Positions 13,830-26,534 of a DNA stretch of 64,000 bases are shown here, piece after piece. Under the pieces are notes generated by a model that saw only the letters and a list, made by a program, of their open reading frames with translations, ran no database searches and had not been told where the DNA came from. The stretch comes from Octopus sinensis (Eukaryota), in contig NC_043012.1 of NCBI RefSeq assembly GCF_006345805.1, forward strand, positions 43,586,001 through 43,650,000, given 5' to 3'. The position numbers and the translations under genes were made by a program. Each line of letters opens with the position of its first letter. The stretch's first letter is position 1.

Positions 13830-14365
13830 TAAATCACCACATAGTACATATAGCGAGAATGGACAGGTGATAGGTGAGAGAGAGTGGAATACGGTTGGTG
13901 GAAGTGCGTGAAGACGTTAGGAGAGTTGCGGTGCGGTTGATGGTTCGGGCTCGGTGGAGTGCCGGACCGACAGCTGATGGAGGACAGCCTCGATTCAGAA
14001 AAATCTGTCACATTGTTTTGCAATGAGATTCAAAATCCTAGTCGATGCTGCAAAGTCATCGAAGGCGAAGAAATTTAGAGAAAGGTATGGCAGATTTAAT
14101 GTGTTTGGGGTGAGAGAAGAGTAGTGAAGGTAGTAGTGAGAGTCAGCAGGTTTATAGTAGACAGAGGTGGAGTGGTGAGTATTGTGTATTTTGATGGAGA
14201 TGTTCAAAAAGCAAGCAAAAGTATCAGATATGGTGTGGTTGAATTCCAAGGCTGGCTGAAAGGTGTTAACGAAAGAAATCGTTTATCTGTTGTCTGTTAA
14301 GACTTGTGGCACAAATATAGTCGTCAATGTAACGACCATACAGCTCTGGGATGGGTCCAGCGAAG
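13830..14365 (-). pseudogene. Penelope-like reverse transcriptase fragment
   Basis: Minus strand, with frameshifts, reads PELYGRYIDDYI...FQPALEFNHTISD...SVYYKPADSHYYLHYSS..HPKHIKSAIPFSKFLRLR, typical of PLE RT motif C and thumb. Confidence 0.85.
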
Positions 14366-14379
14366 TGAGTAACGATTTT

Positions 14380-15014
<635 letters not shown>

Positions 15015-18000
15015 GAAGAGTAATTAGGAATGTGCCTTTAATTAGTCCGCTAGCAATTAACACGTTACTTGAATGTTATGCCCCTATTTAGCAAAGATAA
15101 TACTAAGACAATTGTGCCCCCTTCTAATAGTAGTAATAATACTGATATACTCAATGAAACAGTAGGGGCCTTGATAAATGCTCTTTCAATAACCTATGTT
15201 TTAGAACCACTTTAGGATATAATTAATAAGTTAAGACACGAAATAAAATATATTATTGGTGCTAATATATGCAAATTTAAATTTAGAATAAATAATCACA
15301 TATTGTTTTAAGAATAAAAGAAAAGCATTGGACTTCTTGCTCTTCTGTCATAAACACAGGAGTTTTAACAGCCAAATAATATAGAGATCGAAATCCTGAT
15401 TTCCTCCACGCTAGTTAAACTCAGTAGAACGTTTTAGAGACAGCGAAAAACCGTTGGAAGCAAAGAAAATATACATATGTATATATGCGAATGCTTGTGC
15501 GCACACACACATTCACACACACACACACACATATACACATACTAACACGTACACGCATGCAAGTAATGAACGCGCCCGCACACACACACATATGTATATA
15601 TATATATATATATATATATCATATATACGGTTGGTTTCTACAATATCTTTCTTCCAAAATTCAAACACAATGTCAACTCGCGGCTATAGTAGAAGGAAAG
15701 GAGATCAGCCCAGTATACTGGGGAGTGAGATCTAATCAAGAACCACAACAACCAAACACATTCTGAACACAGTGATGCCTGTCCATTCATCAGAAAGTAG
15801 ACGGGTGAAATTAGTACTGTATATTGCCTCAAAGTTAATGAAATGGGATGGTTTCAGGTATTTTCTTTTTTTCGTGGGTATGATAGATTTAAGGAATGGA
15901 AATTATTCTTCCATGCAATCTATATGCACAATAATATTTTCGGCTAATTGCAATTTTCTTTTCTGGTTATATTAAAGGAACCATTTAATGATTTACACAA
16001 ACCTTTATACTAGATAAATAGAATTTGTCGAGCTACAAATTTTATACAGGCTTTTATTTTCATTTATTGTTGTGAAAGATCCAGTGTGTATTTGTACAAT
16101 TTGCTTTCGAAATTCAAATATAAGTTATCTTGGTTTTACTATGTCAGTTATGTTCTAGTAACAGGAACGACTGAACGATGGGGGATCACTTCAGCCTCTC
16201 TGATGATTTTTATGAAAGTGTATAGTAGATTGTTTTTATGAAGTTACGTCGCAGAAACGTCTTGTAGAAGATTTGGGATTAATAGAGAATAAAAGTAGAT
16301 ATCAAATTCTTGATTATCAATTCTTCAAGCTGTCTCCATTTATTTAAAAATGTTTTTGGCTCTTAATAATCCGTTTAAATTTGGTCCTTGGATATATATG
16401 GAGGAATTAATGCTTGGTATCCACAGTAATAATACTATATGTATCAGGGAAACTACATTCCTTCTGGATTCGACAAGTCGTAATCAGATTCAGGCGCGAA
16501 TGGTTTGTTTCCTGTTAATTTTCTTCAAATAACGAACATATATATTGCTATACAATCAAAAGTTGGAGGTTGTTTGTAATCTGGCTTTGTGACCGATTTC
16601 CTTCAGGATACCATTTTGAAAGGCACATCTATGTCACGATTGATTCTTTCTCACTAAGCGTCTAGCTTTTACCTATATGTATATTAAAAGGAACTGAAAA
16701 CTGATCATATGGCCTTGTTCAGGTACGTTATTACAAGTATTATACTTGGCATGTTTTTATAATGATAATGAAATAGATGAACTTATTCAATTAATATGCT
16801 ATGTCTATACATAAGTTGTTCAGTCCATAATGTGCTAAATCTTTAGCCAATATGTAATTATGTTATTTATGTTGTAAATGATGAGCTAATGAATTCAACG
16901 ATACAGTCTTTCAGTTATTAAAAGTTGATAGAACTGACTTCTGTAACAAACAGTCCTAAAATAAGAGTGATAAGTGGGCAGTTATCTTGCTGTTCAAATT
17001 CTACCTTGGTTATAGTTTTAGAAAATATGTTATTTACTGCAATAATTTCCCCGCGAAATTTTGCGGCAAAAATTTTGATTGAAGTCTTGATACAATGAGT
17101 TAGGAGACCCCTCTTGCAACAGGACAGGAACCGGGCACTGTTAGTGAATGTCCCAAAGATTATTAAAGCATATGAAACAATGTAAGAAACCAGAGCTCCA
17201 AACCAAGTTTGACAAAATTTTAGCCATCTTTATTTGAATTTAATGCTTATACTTAAACATAATGCATTAGATTTTAAAAGAGAAATGCTGACGTTTATTC
17301 CCTTATCAGCTTAGTTCTCTGCTCACACTATCTACTAAACGACGAACGTAGAATATCTTAAACTACATTCTACTGGAATTTTCCATGTATAGATATTAGT
17401 TTCTAAAACAAGTGAAATGTAAATACATTTCCCCAAAATGTAAAAATGTGGAGTTTAAAAACAAATTGCTTGAACTTATGGTTTGCTCTTTACTGATTTT
17501 ATTGTTCAGGGATATTAAAATGATTTTATAGTAAACAAATTTTAGAAAATTGTTTTGAAGTTAAAATTCCTTCCGTCAGTCTTACGGAATCACAAGAACA
17601 GTCATTATTATAGAATATCACGTTACAGCCAAGAAATCGTTTGGCTACGAGAAGAAATATTAGCGAAAAGCAGTGTGTGTGTGATTTTCCACTGTCACTT
17701 TCTCTTACTCGAAGTGTCTCTGAATGCAAGAAAGTAGCTTTGCGTGTACATCTGGGACTAATCAGCTATTTAGTTTGCGTGTTGCATTCCGATGAGGGAT
17801 ACTTCTTAACATTATAGAATATCTTCGTTCCTCTCTTCATCATTTCTCTCTTTAAACAGTATTTTTATTAGGCATCTATGACCGAATTAGAAACTCGGTG
17901 ATATTCAGCACATCAAGAGCTAGAAGTACTTTAAATCCTAGTAACCTAATTCTTCAGCGTGACACTTATTTTGCAGACAGCTTAATGTGTACAACTGTAA

Positions 18001-18100
18001 TGATGAATCTGTAACTCGGTTTCGATTTTCGCTTGTATTCTTTTAACTTCATTTATGCTGAAAAAAGTTAAGACTAATGGAAATTCGTAAACTAACCCAA

Positions 18101-18361
18101 TTACAAACACAAAAAGATTAAAGTTGTATACGAGAGAAACTGTACAACTATGTTGAAATTCTTTGATAACAATTTTATCATTTCTAACATAAGTTCAAGG
18201 TTATAAACTGGATAGCTGATCAGGTCAACTCCCGTAATAGTCTTGTTCAAGATTTTATTAAGTTCGGGAGGGCAACAAGTTTTGAAATCAGACCGTAAAT
18301 CTCTGGATACTGCGAGGTATTTCTTCCAGATCTTTATGTTGAAATCCTGGAGTCTGCTTAT
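18101..18361 (-). other. Unassigned 86-codon open frame, possible host exon
   Basis: ISRLQDFNIKIWKKYLAVSRDLRSDFKTCCPPELNKILNKTITGVDLISYPVYNLELMLEMIKLL... follows ttttag in non-repetitive AT-rich DNA. No homology recognised and no clear donor site. Confidence 0.25.
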
Positions 18362-18814
18362 CTAAAACCCTTACCAAATCAACTAATGCACTGAGATAAA
18401 ATATATCAAATCTTAGGTATTATTGTGCTAAACTTCTTACCGCAAATTTGTAGTGCTAAAAAGACACCACCATAAGTAAACTCCATCTTCAATCCCTCAC
18501 GCACTCACATACACACGTGTGTATGTGTGTGGTGTGTGTGTGTGTATGTATGTGTGTGTGTGTGTATGTATGTGTGTGTGTGTGTGTGTGTGTGTTTGTG
18601 TGTGTGTTTGTGTTTGTATGGAGTGAGAGAGGGAGAAATTCAAATTGCATGGTTTGTAACCAATATTTAAAACTGCATGCTAGACTTTACAAATTGGAAG
18701 AGAAATCTGCGGTGAGAACTCGTGTATCATTATCCAATTTCGTTTCACAGGTCCCCATATTTCGTAAGATGAGAGAATAGAATCAGAAAACGCAAAACTG
18801 GAAATTTTGTCATT

Positions 18815-18965
18815 TACCATTTATCTCTTACTTGTTTCAGTCAGTAGACTGAAGCCATACTGGAGCACCGTCTTGAAGAATTTTAGTCTAACGATGTTTA
18901 AGTACAGTTCTCATTCAATCGGTCACTTTAACCAAAAATTTTAAGCTATGGGCACGCAAACCCAT
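18815..18965 (-). mobile_element. SINE (family B) tail fragment
   Basis: Reverse complement contains ggtgctccagtatggcttcagtctactgactgaaacaagtaagag, matching the tails at 24590, 49010 and 49430. Confidence 0.6.
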
Positions 18966-19038
18966 CAACCAAAACCGGTTGCCATGTAATTCATGGAGTA
19001 CGTACAAACACAAAGACACACACACAAATATATATATA

Positions 19039-19565
19039 TACGAATGTGAGTCAAAAAGTAATACCATTTTGTTTAGCAGAGGTATAATTACCAACACAGG
19101 AACATGTTTCATACATCAAAATGAAGCTCGTCTTCTGTGGATCACATCCCTACTTCTCAACATAATCACCATTTCTCTCAATAGCAATGTTCCACTTTCG
19201 AATGAGAGCATGTATCCCTGCCCCATAAAATTCTGCTGACTGCTGACTGAGCCACTTCTTCAATACAGTTTTCATTTCCTCGTCACTGGAATAATGTTTA
19301 CTTCTCAAACCTTCTTTCATGGGGCCGAAGAGATGATAGTTCAGTGACGAGGAAGTGAAAACTGTAGTGAAGAAGTGGCTCAAAGAACAGTTAACTGAAT
19401 TTTACGGGGCAGGAATACATGCTCTCATTCGAAGGTGGAACATTGCTATTGAGAGAAACGGTAACAGAGGACCAGCTTCATTTTGATGTATGATATATGT
19501 TTCTGTGTTGGTAATTATACCTGTCCGAAACAAAATGGAATTACGAGAGTCAGTCAAAAAGTATA
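19039..19565. mobile_element. Two mariner 3' ends in inverted orientation plus a further TIR
   Basis: ORF 19150..19383 (-) NYHLFGPMKEGLRSKHYSSDEEMK...WNIAIERNGDYVEK is a mariner C-terminus; 19342-19538 is its inverted copy; TIR-like tacga...gtcaaaaagta at 19039 and 19542. Confidence 0.8.
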
Positions 19566-19699
19566 TCCGCTATATCGGAGATCTGCAATGGTTCCATAAC
19601 TACCATTTCGGCTAGTTATAGCCGAAGAACCCTAGTAATCCATTACACCACTTACCTAGCGTACCTAATCGCTTAGATCACCTTTGAACTAAACCCCCA

Positions 19700-20160
19700 C
19701 GCACATACACATGTACACGCTCGCACACACGCACATGCATACACGCGCAAAAAAACGCACCTACACCCCCTACACAAACCCTCGTTCACACACACATGCA
19801 CATGCACACATACAAAATACACACGCATACACACACATGTACATACACACATACACTCACACGCACACACGTGTATATACATACGCACACGCATACACAC
19901 ACACGCACTCGCAAATGAACTCACACATACCTCCCATACACACACAGCACACAAACATACATACACGCACACAATTATATATACACGTAAACACACACGC
20001 ACATACATGCATACACGCACACATACACAGAGTAAAGTACAGTTACTTCCCACACACACAAACCCTACGCATACACATATACCCACACGAACACACACAT
20101 ACATACATACACACACTACATATACATAAACACACTACATATACATACACACATACTTTA
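19700..20160. repeat. Degenerate (CA)n/(CATA)n-rich tract
   Basis: Directly visible; explains the H/T-rich ORF 19711..20424. Confidence 0.85.
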
Positions 20161-20329
20161 AACTACCAGTACCTTCTGCTGGTCATTCTCCTACGCATAA
20201 CAGGCAGCCACTCCTACCAAAATTCTTACTGTAAATTCTTTCCTATGACCTTAGACGATACGAAGCCCAACCACACACACACACACACACATGCTATCAT
20301 TACACATACACACAGACCTGCATGCACAC

Positions 20330-20595
20330 ACATACCTCCTTCTCTTGCACTCTCCTGTCTTTCAAAGAACTTTTTCTTCACCCATTCCCTTCCGGTCATG
20401 TGTATCCGTGAGTATCGTTGGTGATTTTGTTTCTCTGTCTTCCCTTCCTTGGACTTTTCTTTTTTGTATGTTTCTGATGAAGAGTTCCGCTCGAAACGTT
20501 AGAAGCTCCTTTCTTTCCTTTGCTGAGCGTCCAATAACACTATACTTGTTCCACGCCCTCGCGTTGCTGTGTTTTCTCTTTGTTCATGTTTGGAT
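20330..20595 (+). mobile_element. PLE pseudo-LTR with hammerhead motif
   Basis: CTGATGAagagttccgctcGAAAcgtt at 20474-20500 (gag/ctc stem II, palindromic acgt stem III); tail shared with 14880 and 43800. Confidence 0.7.
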
Positions 20596-20609
20596 TAACA
20601 ATATATATA

Positions 20610-20790
20610 TATTTTATATTTTTTTTTCTCTCCTTTTTTCTCTCCTTGTTTTTTTCTGTGTCCCTTTCTGTAGAAGAGCGTAGGCTCGAAACAGAAAATA
20701 CTTTTACTATTCCTAAGTGTTATACTAATATATCTGCTTGTTTTGTACACCACCTGTCTTCGTCTTTTGTTTTTTTCGTGAACTCTCCCT
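20610..20790 (+). mobile_element. Second PLE pseudo-LTR family with variant hammerhead core
   Basis: ctttCTGTAGAagagcgtaggctcGAAAc (20664-20692); homologous to 3862-4063. Confidence 0.6.
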
Positions 20791-20853
20791 ATATATATAT
20801 ATATATTAATAATAATAATATGACAACAAAAGAATGAATGAGACACACACACA

Positions 20854-20895
<42 letters not shown>

Positions 20896-21193
20896 TTTCG
20901 AAACACGTGTAGAATGAAATAAAACGATTTCTGTTCAATCTGCGTTCAGCTCCATTTCTTCAATTCACCAATAATGTTTTAATTTCAATTATCCGCACCA
21001 ACGCACGGTTGCAACGCCAGATGGTTGTACCTCCAACCGTGCTGTTTACTGCTGTGATTTTTGCTACTAAGGTATCGGTTAAACTTTCGATTAATCTACT
21101 ACAAGATTATTCATCTTTCTATTTCACATAATATTATATATATATATATATATAAACACACACACACACACTCATATATATATATATAATATA

Positions 21194-21239
<46 letters not shown>

Positions 21240-21254
21240 ATATATATATATATA

Positions 21255-22202
21255 TCAGGTTATCCCATAAGTTCTGTCCGATTTTAACCTTTTTAAAATT
21301 GAATGAAATCTAATAATATTTTACAATGTCTAATGGAATTAAAGATTATTTTTATGGATTTGTGTACATTTAAACTAATTAAATACTATTTTACAGAATT
21401 ATAGAATTAAAATTTCTTAAAACCCTTTCGAACATGGCAGTAATCAAAGAGTATTATGAGTACAAAAAAGGAAACTCTGCAGCCGAAGCGACTCGAAACA
21501 TACACTCAGTTTATGGAAAAGAATGCTTGAATGAAAGAACTTGCAGAAGATGGTTTTCAAAATTCAGAAGTGGAGATTTCAGTCTTGAAGATGAAGATCG
21601 AACAGGACATCCAGTTGAGTTTGATGATAAGCTCCTTGAAGCATTACTTGAAGAAAATCCTGCATTATCAGTAGAAGAATTGGCAATAAAGCTTAGTTCA
21701 AACCATACAACCGTTCATCATCATATTCAATAACTTGGAAAGGTTCCTAAACTTGGAAATGGGTGCGTCAGGAATTGTCCGAAAGCAACCGCAAATCCCG
21801 AGTTGACATCTGCTCTTCTCTCTATTCTCGCAAACTTATTTCACCCTTTTTGGACAGACTTGCGACTGGTGACGAAAAATGGATCTTCTGTCGAAATGTT
21901 AAACGTCGTAAACAGTGGCTTGGTAAAAGGGAAAAAGCTCAACCACAACCTAGAAGGGAACTTCATGGGAAAATGCTCTTTCTCTATCTGGTGGGATTGC
22001 AAAGCAGTAATTAACTTCGAATTGTTGCCACCTAATTCAACAACCAATGCTCAAGTCTAATGTCAGTAATTAGAGCGTTAAATAGATGGAAGTAAGTCAT
22101 AGATAATCAGGGAAAGTACATCGATGATTTAATTTCAATTAAATATAACATTTGATCACTTGTTTTCTTTATTCAAAATTCGGACAGAACTTATGGGATG
22201 AC

Positions 22203-22206
<4 letters not shown>
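21255..22206 (+). mobile_element. Mariner transposon, internally deleted
   Basis: TIRs tcaggttatcccataagttctgtccg and its inverse, flanked by TA. Transposase (NSAAEATRNI...RRWFSKFRSGDFSL; TGDEKWIF) is broken by a stop and lacks the ~310 bp that copy 55204 has at 56052-56363. Confidence 0.93.
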
Positions 22207-22247
<41 letters not shown>

Positions 22248-22258
22248 TATATATATAA

Positions 22259-22303
<45 letters not shown>

Positions 22304-22799
22304 CGTATATATATGTGTGTGTGTGTGTGTGTAAGAGGTGGAATATATTGTCCAGGCAAATAAGGAATTTCTCGCAGTAAAATTCCAAGGCTGGTTACTA
22401 CAGGTGTTGCGTTTCTTTGGTAAACTTCCTTTAGCTCTCATCCGATGTTGCAGTTTATTTTTTCGGTTTCTTAGAGTGTAAAGTACAACGTTGATAATAA
22501 GGAGAATGAAGAATTTGAACATTCCCACTTTGTATTTATTTCCAGTTAATTTATTCATAATAATTGTCCGACGCCTGTTTCGAGCGCACTAACTGCGTTT
22601 TGTTGCATATTTACATGCAGCGATTTTATACATTATAAGTACGATCTCTTCAGGGCATATATGTATGACATTGTTCAAAGAGGAAATTTCCCCCGCTATT
22701 TAAGGCAGCCGAAGTTTCGAACTTTAATAACTATCAATAAATGTAATAAAATATGAAAATTATACATCCTTATAAATGCTTAGTATGCCTTCTTTTTGT

Positions 22800-23405
22800 A
22801 TGAGTCTAAATAAATTCAGATTTATAAATTAGATAATGGCTATAGAGCGAAATACAATCATATCTCTCCACAAAGTAGGTGGAAGCAATACAGCTATAGC
22901 AAAACATCATAAGATTAACGGAACAACATTCGATCAGACAGTAAACCACCAGAATCGCCGACTTTGGAGTGTATCTGGCACCGATGAGGGTAGTCTCGTA
23001 AATCGTCGTCAAAATCTACAGTCAGTTATTATTTGGGCAGCTGTGACAACCATTTGAAGGTCTCTCCAGATTTTTATGTCCACGGGTGTGAAAATTAACC
23101 CCTAAGGATACAGTAACAACATTCTGGAAGGTGAACTGCTTCCAAATGCGAATGGACATTTTCACGGCGCAGCTTGGAGCCTCGAACAGGACTCGGTACC
23201 ATTCCACAGCTCCAAAAAGACACAACACTGGTTCCATAAAAGAACATTTCGTCGTTCATAGGCCCTTCGAAACAGAGGTGGTTATATCGGATAAATGTGG
23301 TAGTGTCGTAATTATGTTTCCTTTACCATTTCATATTCAATATTTTCAATATTTTGCTTTCGTAAAATTTAAAAACGCTTGTTGCCTTAATTTTGGGACA
23401 ACCTG
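22800..23405 (+). mobile_element. Decayed Tc1/maT-type transposon fragment
   Basis: MAIERNTIISLHKVG... HTH start; QSVIIWAAVT...GVKINP...ILEGELLP...WSLEQDSVPFHSSKKTQHWF catalytic region; ends in ttttgggacaacctg+TA. Confidence 0.75.
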
Positions 23406-23518
23406 TAAGAATACACACACACACACACACATATATATTATACATACATACATACATACATACATACATACATACATACATACATACATACATACATACA
23501 TACATACATACATACATA

Positions 23519-24107
23519 CATAACTACAACACGAAGCGACAGTTATATATATGTATATATATATATATATACCTAGCCGACGAGGATCGCTGAAGAGATG
23601 CTTTACGTCGAAATCGCGTGATCTGGTTGTTCCACCACCCGCAGCAGACTGTTTTCGTCTGTTAGTGACATATTTGTGATTTTGTGCACTATGCATGCAT
23701 GCATGTAAGTATTTATAAAATGTCAATTTATACACATCCAGCGTAACGTCGATGCCTTATTAGAACGCCGGATACTACGGTATTCGACTTGAGTGGTCCA
23801 CCCGTATGGACAAATATGTCACTAAAAACAGTCTGCTGTGGGTGGTGGAACTGCCGGATCATGCATTTTCGACGTACCGCATCATACATACATGCATGCA
23901 TTCAGACATACATACATATGTATCTACATACATACATACATACATACATACATACATACATACATACATACATTCATCTGAAGATTAACAAGTTATTTAA
24001 CAAGGCTGATTGTTGTGGCTTCAGAGTTAGAGATAGAATTCATCGTATTTTCGATAAATAGTTTCCCACGTCAAATACGCAAACTGTCGCTTCGTGTTGT
24101 AGTTATG
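23519..24107. repeat. Interrupted long inverted repeat
   Basis: 23519-23544 is a perfect 26-bp inverse of 24082-24107; 23597-23677 is an imperfect inverse of 23810-23883. Confidence 0.85.
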
Positions 24108-24266
24108 CATGTATGTATGTATGTATGTACACACGAGGTCACATTTTGAAAGACCGGTGTGTATCTACCAGTAAATAATTGTTGTTGTTTTTTTAAAAAC
24201 CATTAAAGAAATTATTTACTCTTATTATATTACTAATATATATATATTTAAATATATATATATAAA

Positions 24267-24645
24267 CGCAGGTGTGGCTTGTACTAAGAAGTTTTCTCCC
24301 CAGTTTTATTGCGTAGCATCTTAGGCAAGTGTCCTCTAGTATAGCTTTGGGCCGACCAAAACTTTGTGAGTGGATTTGAAAGACGGAAACTGAAAGAAGC
24401 CCACCGTATGTCTATATGCGTGTTTGTGTTCTTCTGCTTGTGTTTTTCTCCGACTATCCCCGCTTGAAAACCGGTGTTAGTGTGTTTCCAACTCCGTAAC
24501 TTAGCAGTATGACGTAAGGAACTGATAAAATAAGAAGCAGACTTGAAAAAATAAGCACTGGGTCGACTTGTTCGACCAATGTTTTTCAATTCGGTGCTCC
24601 AGAATGGCCGTAGTCTAATAACTGAAACAAGTAAAAGATAAAAGA
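24267..24645 (+). mobile_element. tRNA-derived SINE (family B) with tail
   Basis: cgcaggtgtggc...ggcaagtgtcctct...ggccgaccaaaactttgtgagtggattt...agacggaaactgaaagaagccc matches the copies at 47514 and 49073. Confidence 0.8.
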
Positions 24646-25116
24646 TTTATATATATACGTATATATAGTTGCGGGGATTTGAGAAGATGGAGGTCAAGTA
24701 ATCCTAAAAGAATCAGTTGCGTTGCCATTAACGAAATAATGAAGGACATCCACTGTCTAAGGAAATATAATAAACCCAATTGAGAATAGGAAATAAAAGC
24801 CAAATTCATCCCTACCATATATGGTGTGTTAATTTCTTTACAAGATTTATTAAATCTTTATATCTTTGGATGCATCTGCTCATATCGCTAAGTATAAAAT
24901 AGCTGCTTTGAAGCAGTCTTGAAAGCCTTCGTTTAAATAAAAGTGGTTTATAGAATATTTTCATGATTAGAAAGTAATACTTCGAGATTATTTCAATATA
25001 AATAGATCGTGTAACTTCAAGACCAAACCTACATTTTCTGAAAAATGTAACGACTGCAAAAATGTATATGATAAATCATAGATGAAATAAATCAAATGAA
25101 TACGTCTTTTGATATA

Positions 25117-26312
25117 TTCGGTTGTCTGGAAAGTTTGTGCCTATTTTTAAAGGAAAGAAAAAGGTCAATAAATACTTGTCATTACATTTTTAATCAACCA
25201 AATATGAACCATTTTGTTGCACAATGCGTCTCCATCCTTCCTTTAACTTGAAAATATCCACTTCCCAGAATTGGGGTGGTTTCATGGCAAAGAATTCATC
25301 ACCGTATCTTTTTACGTCATCCAAGGAATTGAAATGTTTACCATTTAGGCTATTCTGCAGAGACCTGAATAAGTGGAAATCCGAAGGAGCAATATGTGGT
25401 GAATATGGAGGGTGGGGTAACACATCCCAGTCAAGCTGCAGAAATTTTTGTCTGGTTCCCAAAGAAACGTGCGATCTTGTATTATCATGTTGGAAAACAA
25501 CACCCTTCCTGTTGGCTAATTCTGGACGTTTCTCTTGAATTGCTGCTTTTAACTCGTCCAGTTGTGTGCAGTATTTCTCAGAATTAATTGTCTGGTTACT
25601 TAGGAGAAGCTCATAGTACAGAATTCCTTTCCAATCCCACCAGACACAAAGCAAGACTTTTTTAGGGTGAAGACCCGCTTTTGGGGGTAGCTAAGTGTGG
25701 CTCATGTCACTTACTCTAGGATCGCTTTCTCTGAACATTTCGGTAGATAATCCATTTCTCATCACCTGTCACAATGTGTTCCCCAAACATCGTAGCGATT
25801 TGTGTACCCAAGCTTTACCAGGTGCTCATGAACGACGGATTTTGATAGGTTGAGGCTTTCTGCTAATTCTCGTGTTGTGCAACGTGGGTTATTCTCAGTT
25901 AATGACTTGATTTGGCCATCATCTGTAGTGGATGGTCTGCCTGATCGCTCTTTATCAATAATGCTACAATCTCCAGCTTGGAACCTTGCGAACCACTTCC
26001 GTACATTTCTTTCGGATAAAGAAACATCACCGTAAACTGCGCATATTTCTTTGGTTGCTTGTGAGGCATTTTCCCCTTTACGGAAAAAGAAAAGCATCAA
26101 GTGCCGAAAATGAAATTTCTTGTCTTCCATTTTAAAGGGTTACATAATCAACACAGGTTATAGGAACATAAACCTTCTTCCATGAAAAGATAACTTAAAC
26201 CGTGCTCTAAATGGAGGTGTAGTCAAATCCTATTTTATGGACTCAACCATGTTCTAAAATAAGTCGAAATGTAAGCAAATAAAAATCGGCACGAACTTTC
26301 CGGACAACCCAA
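25117..26312 (-). mobile_element. Mariner transposon, near full length, frameshifted
   Basis: TIRs ttcggttgtctggaaagtttgtgcc and ttgggttgtccggaaagttcgtgcc. ORFs 25762..26130 (HTH domain) and 25190..25654 (WDWKGILYYELL, HDNTRSH, YSPHIAPSDFHLF). Confidence 0.93.
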
Positions 26313-26502
26313 TGTTTAACCATGCTTCTTTTCTTGATGTTTTGAACTGACTGACCGAATAGAAAGTATGAAGACGTGGACAGTTTCATGTTACTTGTAC
26401 TTTATTAGATTTTCTTGGTGCCAGCACCAGACTCACTCACTAGTTTTTTGAAGTATAAATATGTGTATATATCTGTAATTCACCATTCAGGATACTTGAT
26501 GA

Positions 26503-26534
<32 letters not shown>

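Noticed and set aside
19711-20424. 237-aa His/Thr-rich ORF
   Set aside because: It is a translation of a degenerate (CA)n tract running into a pseudo-LTR.
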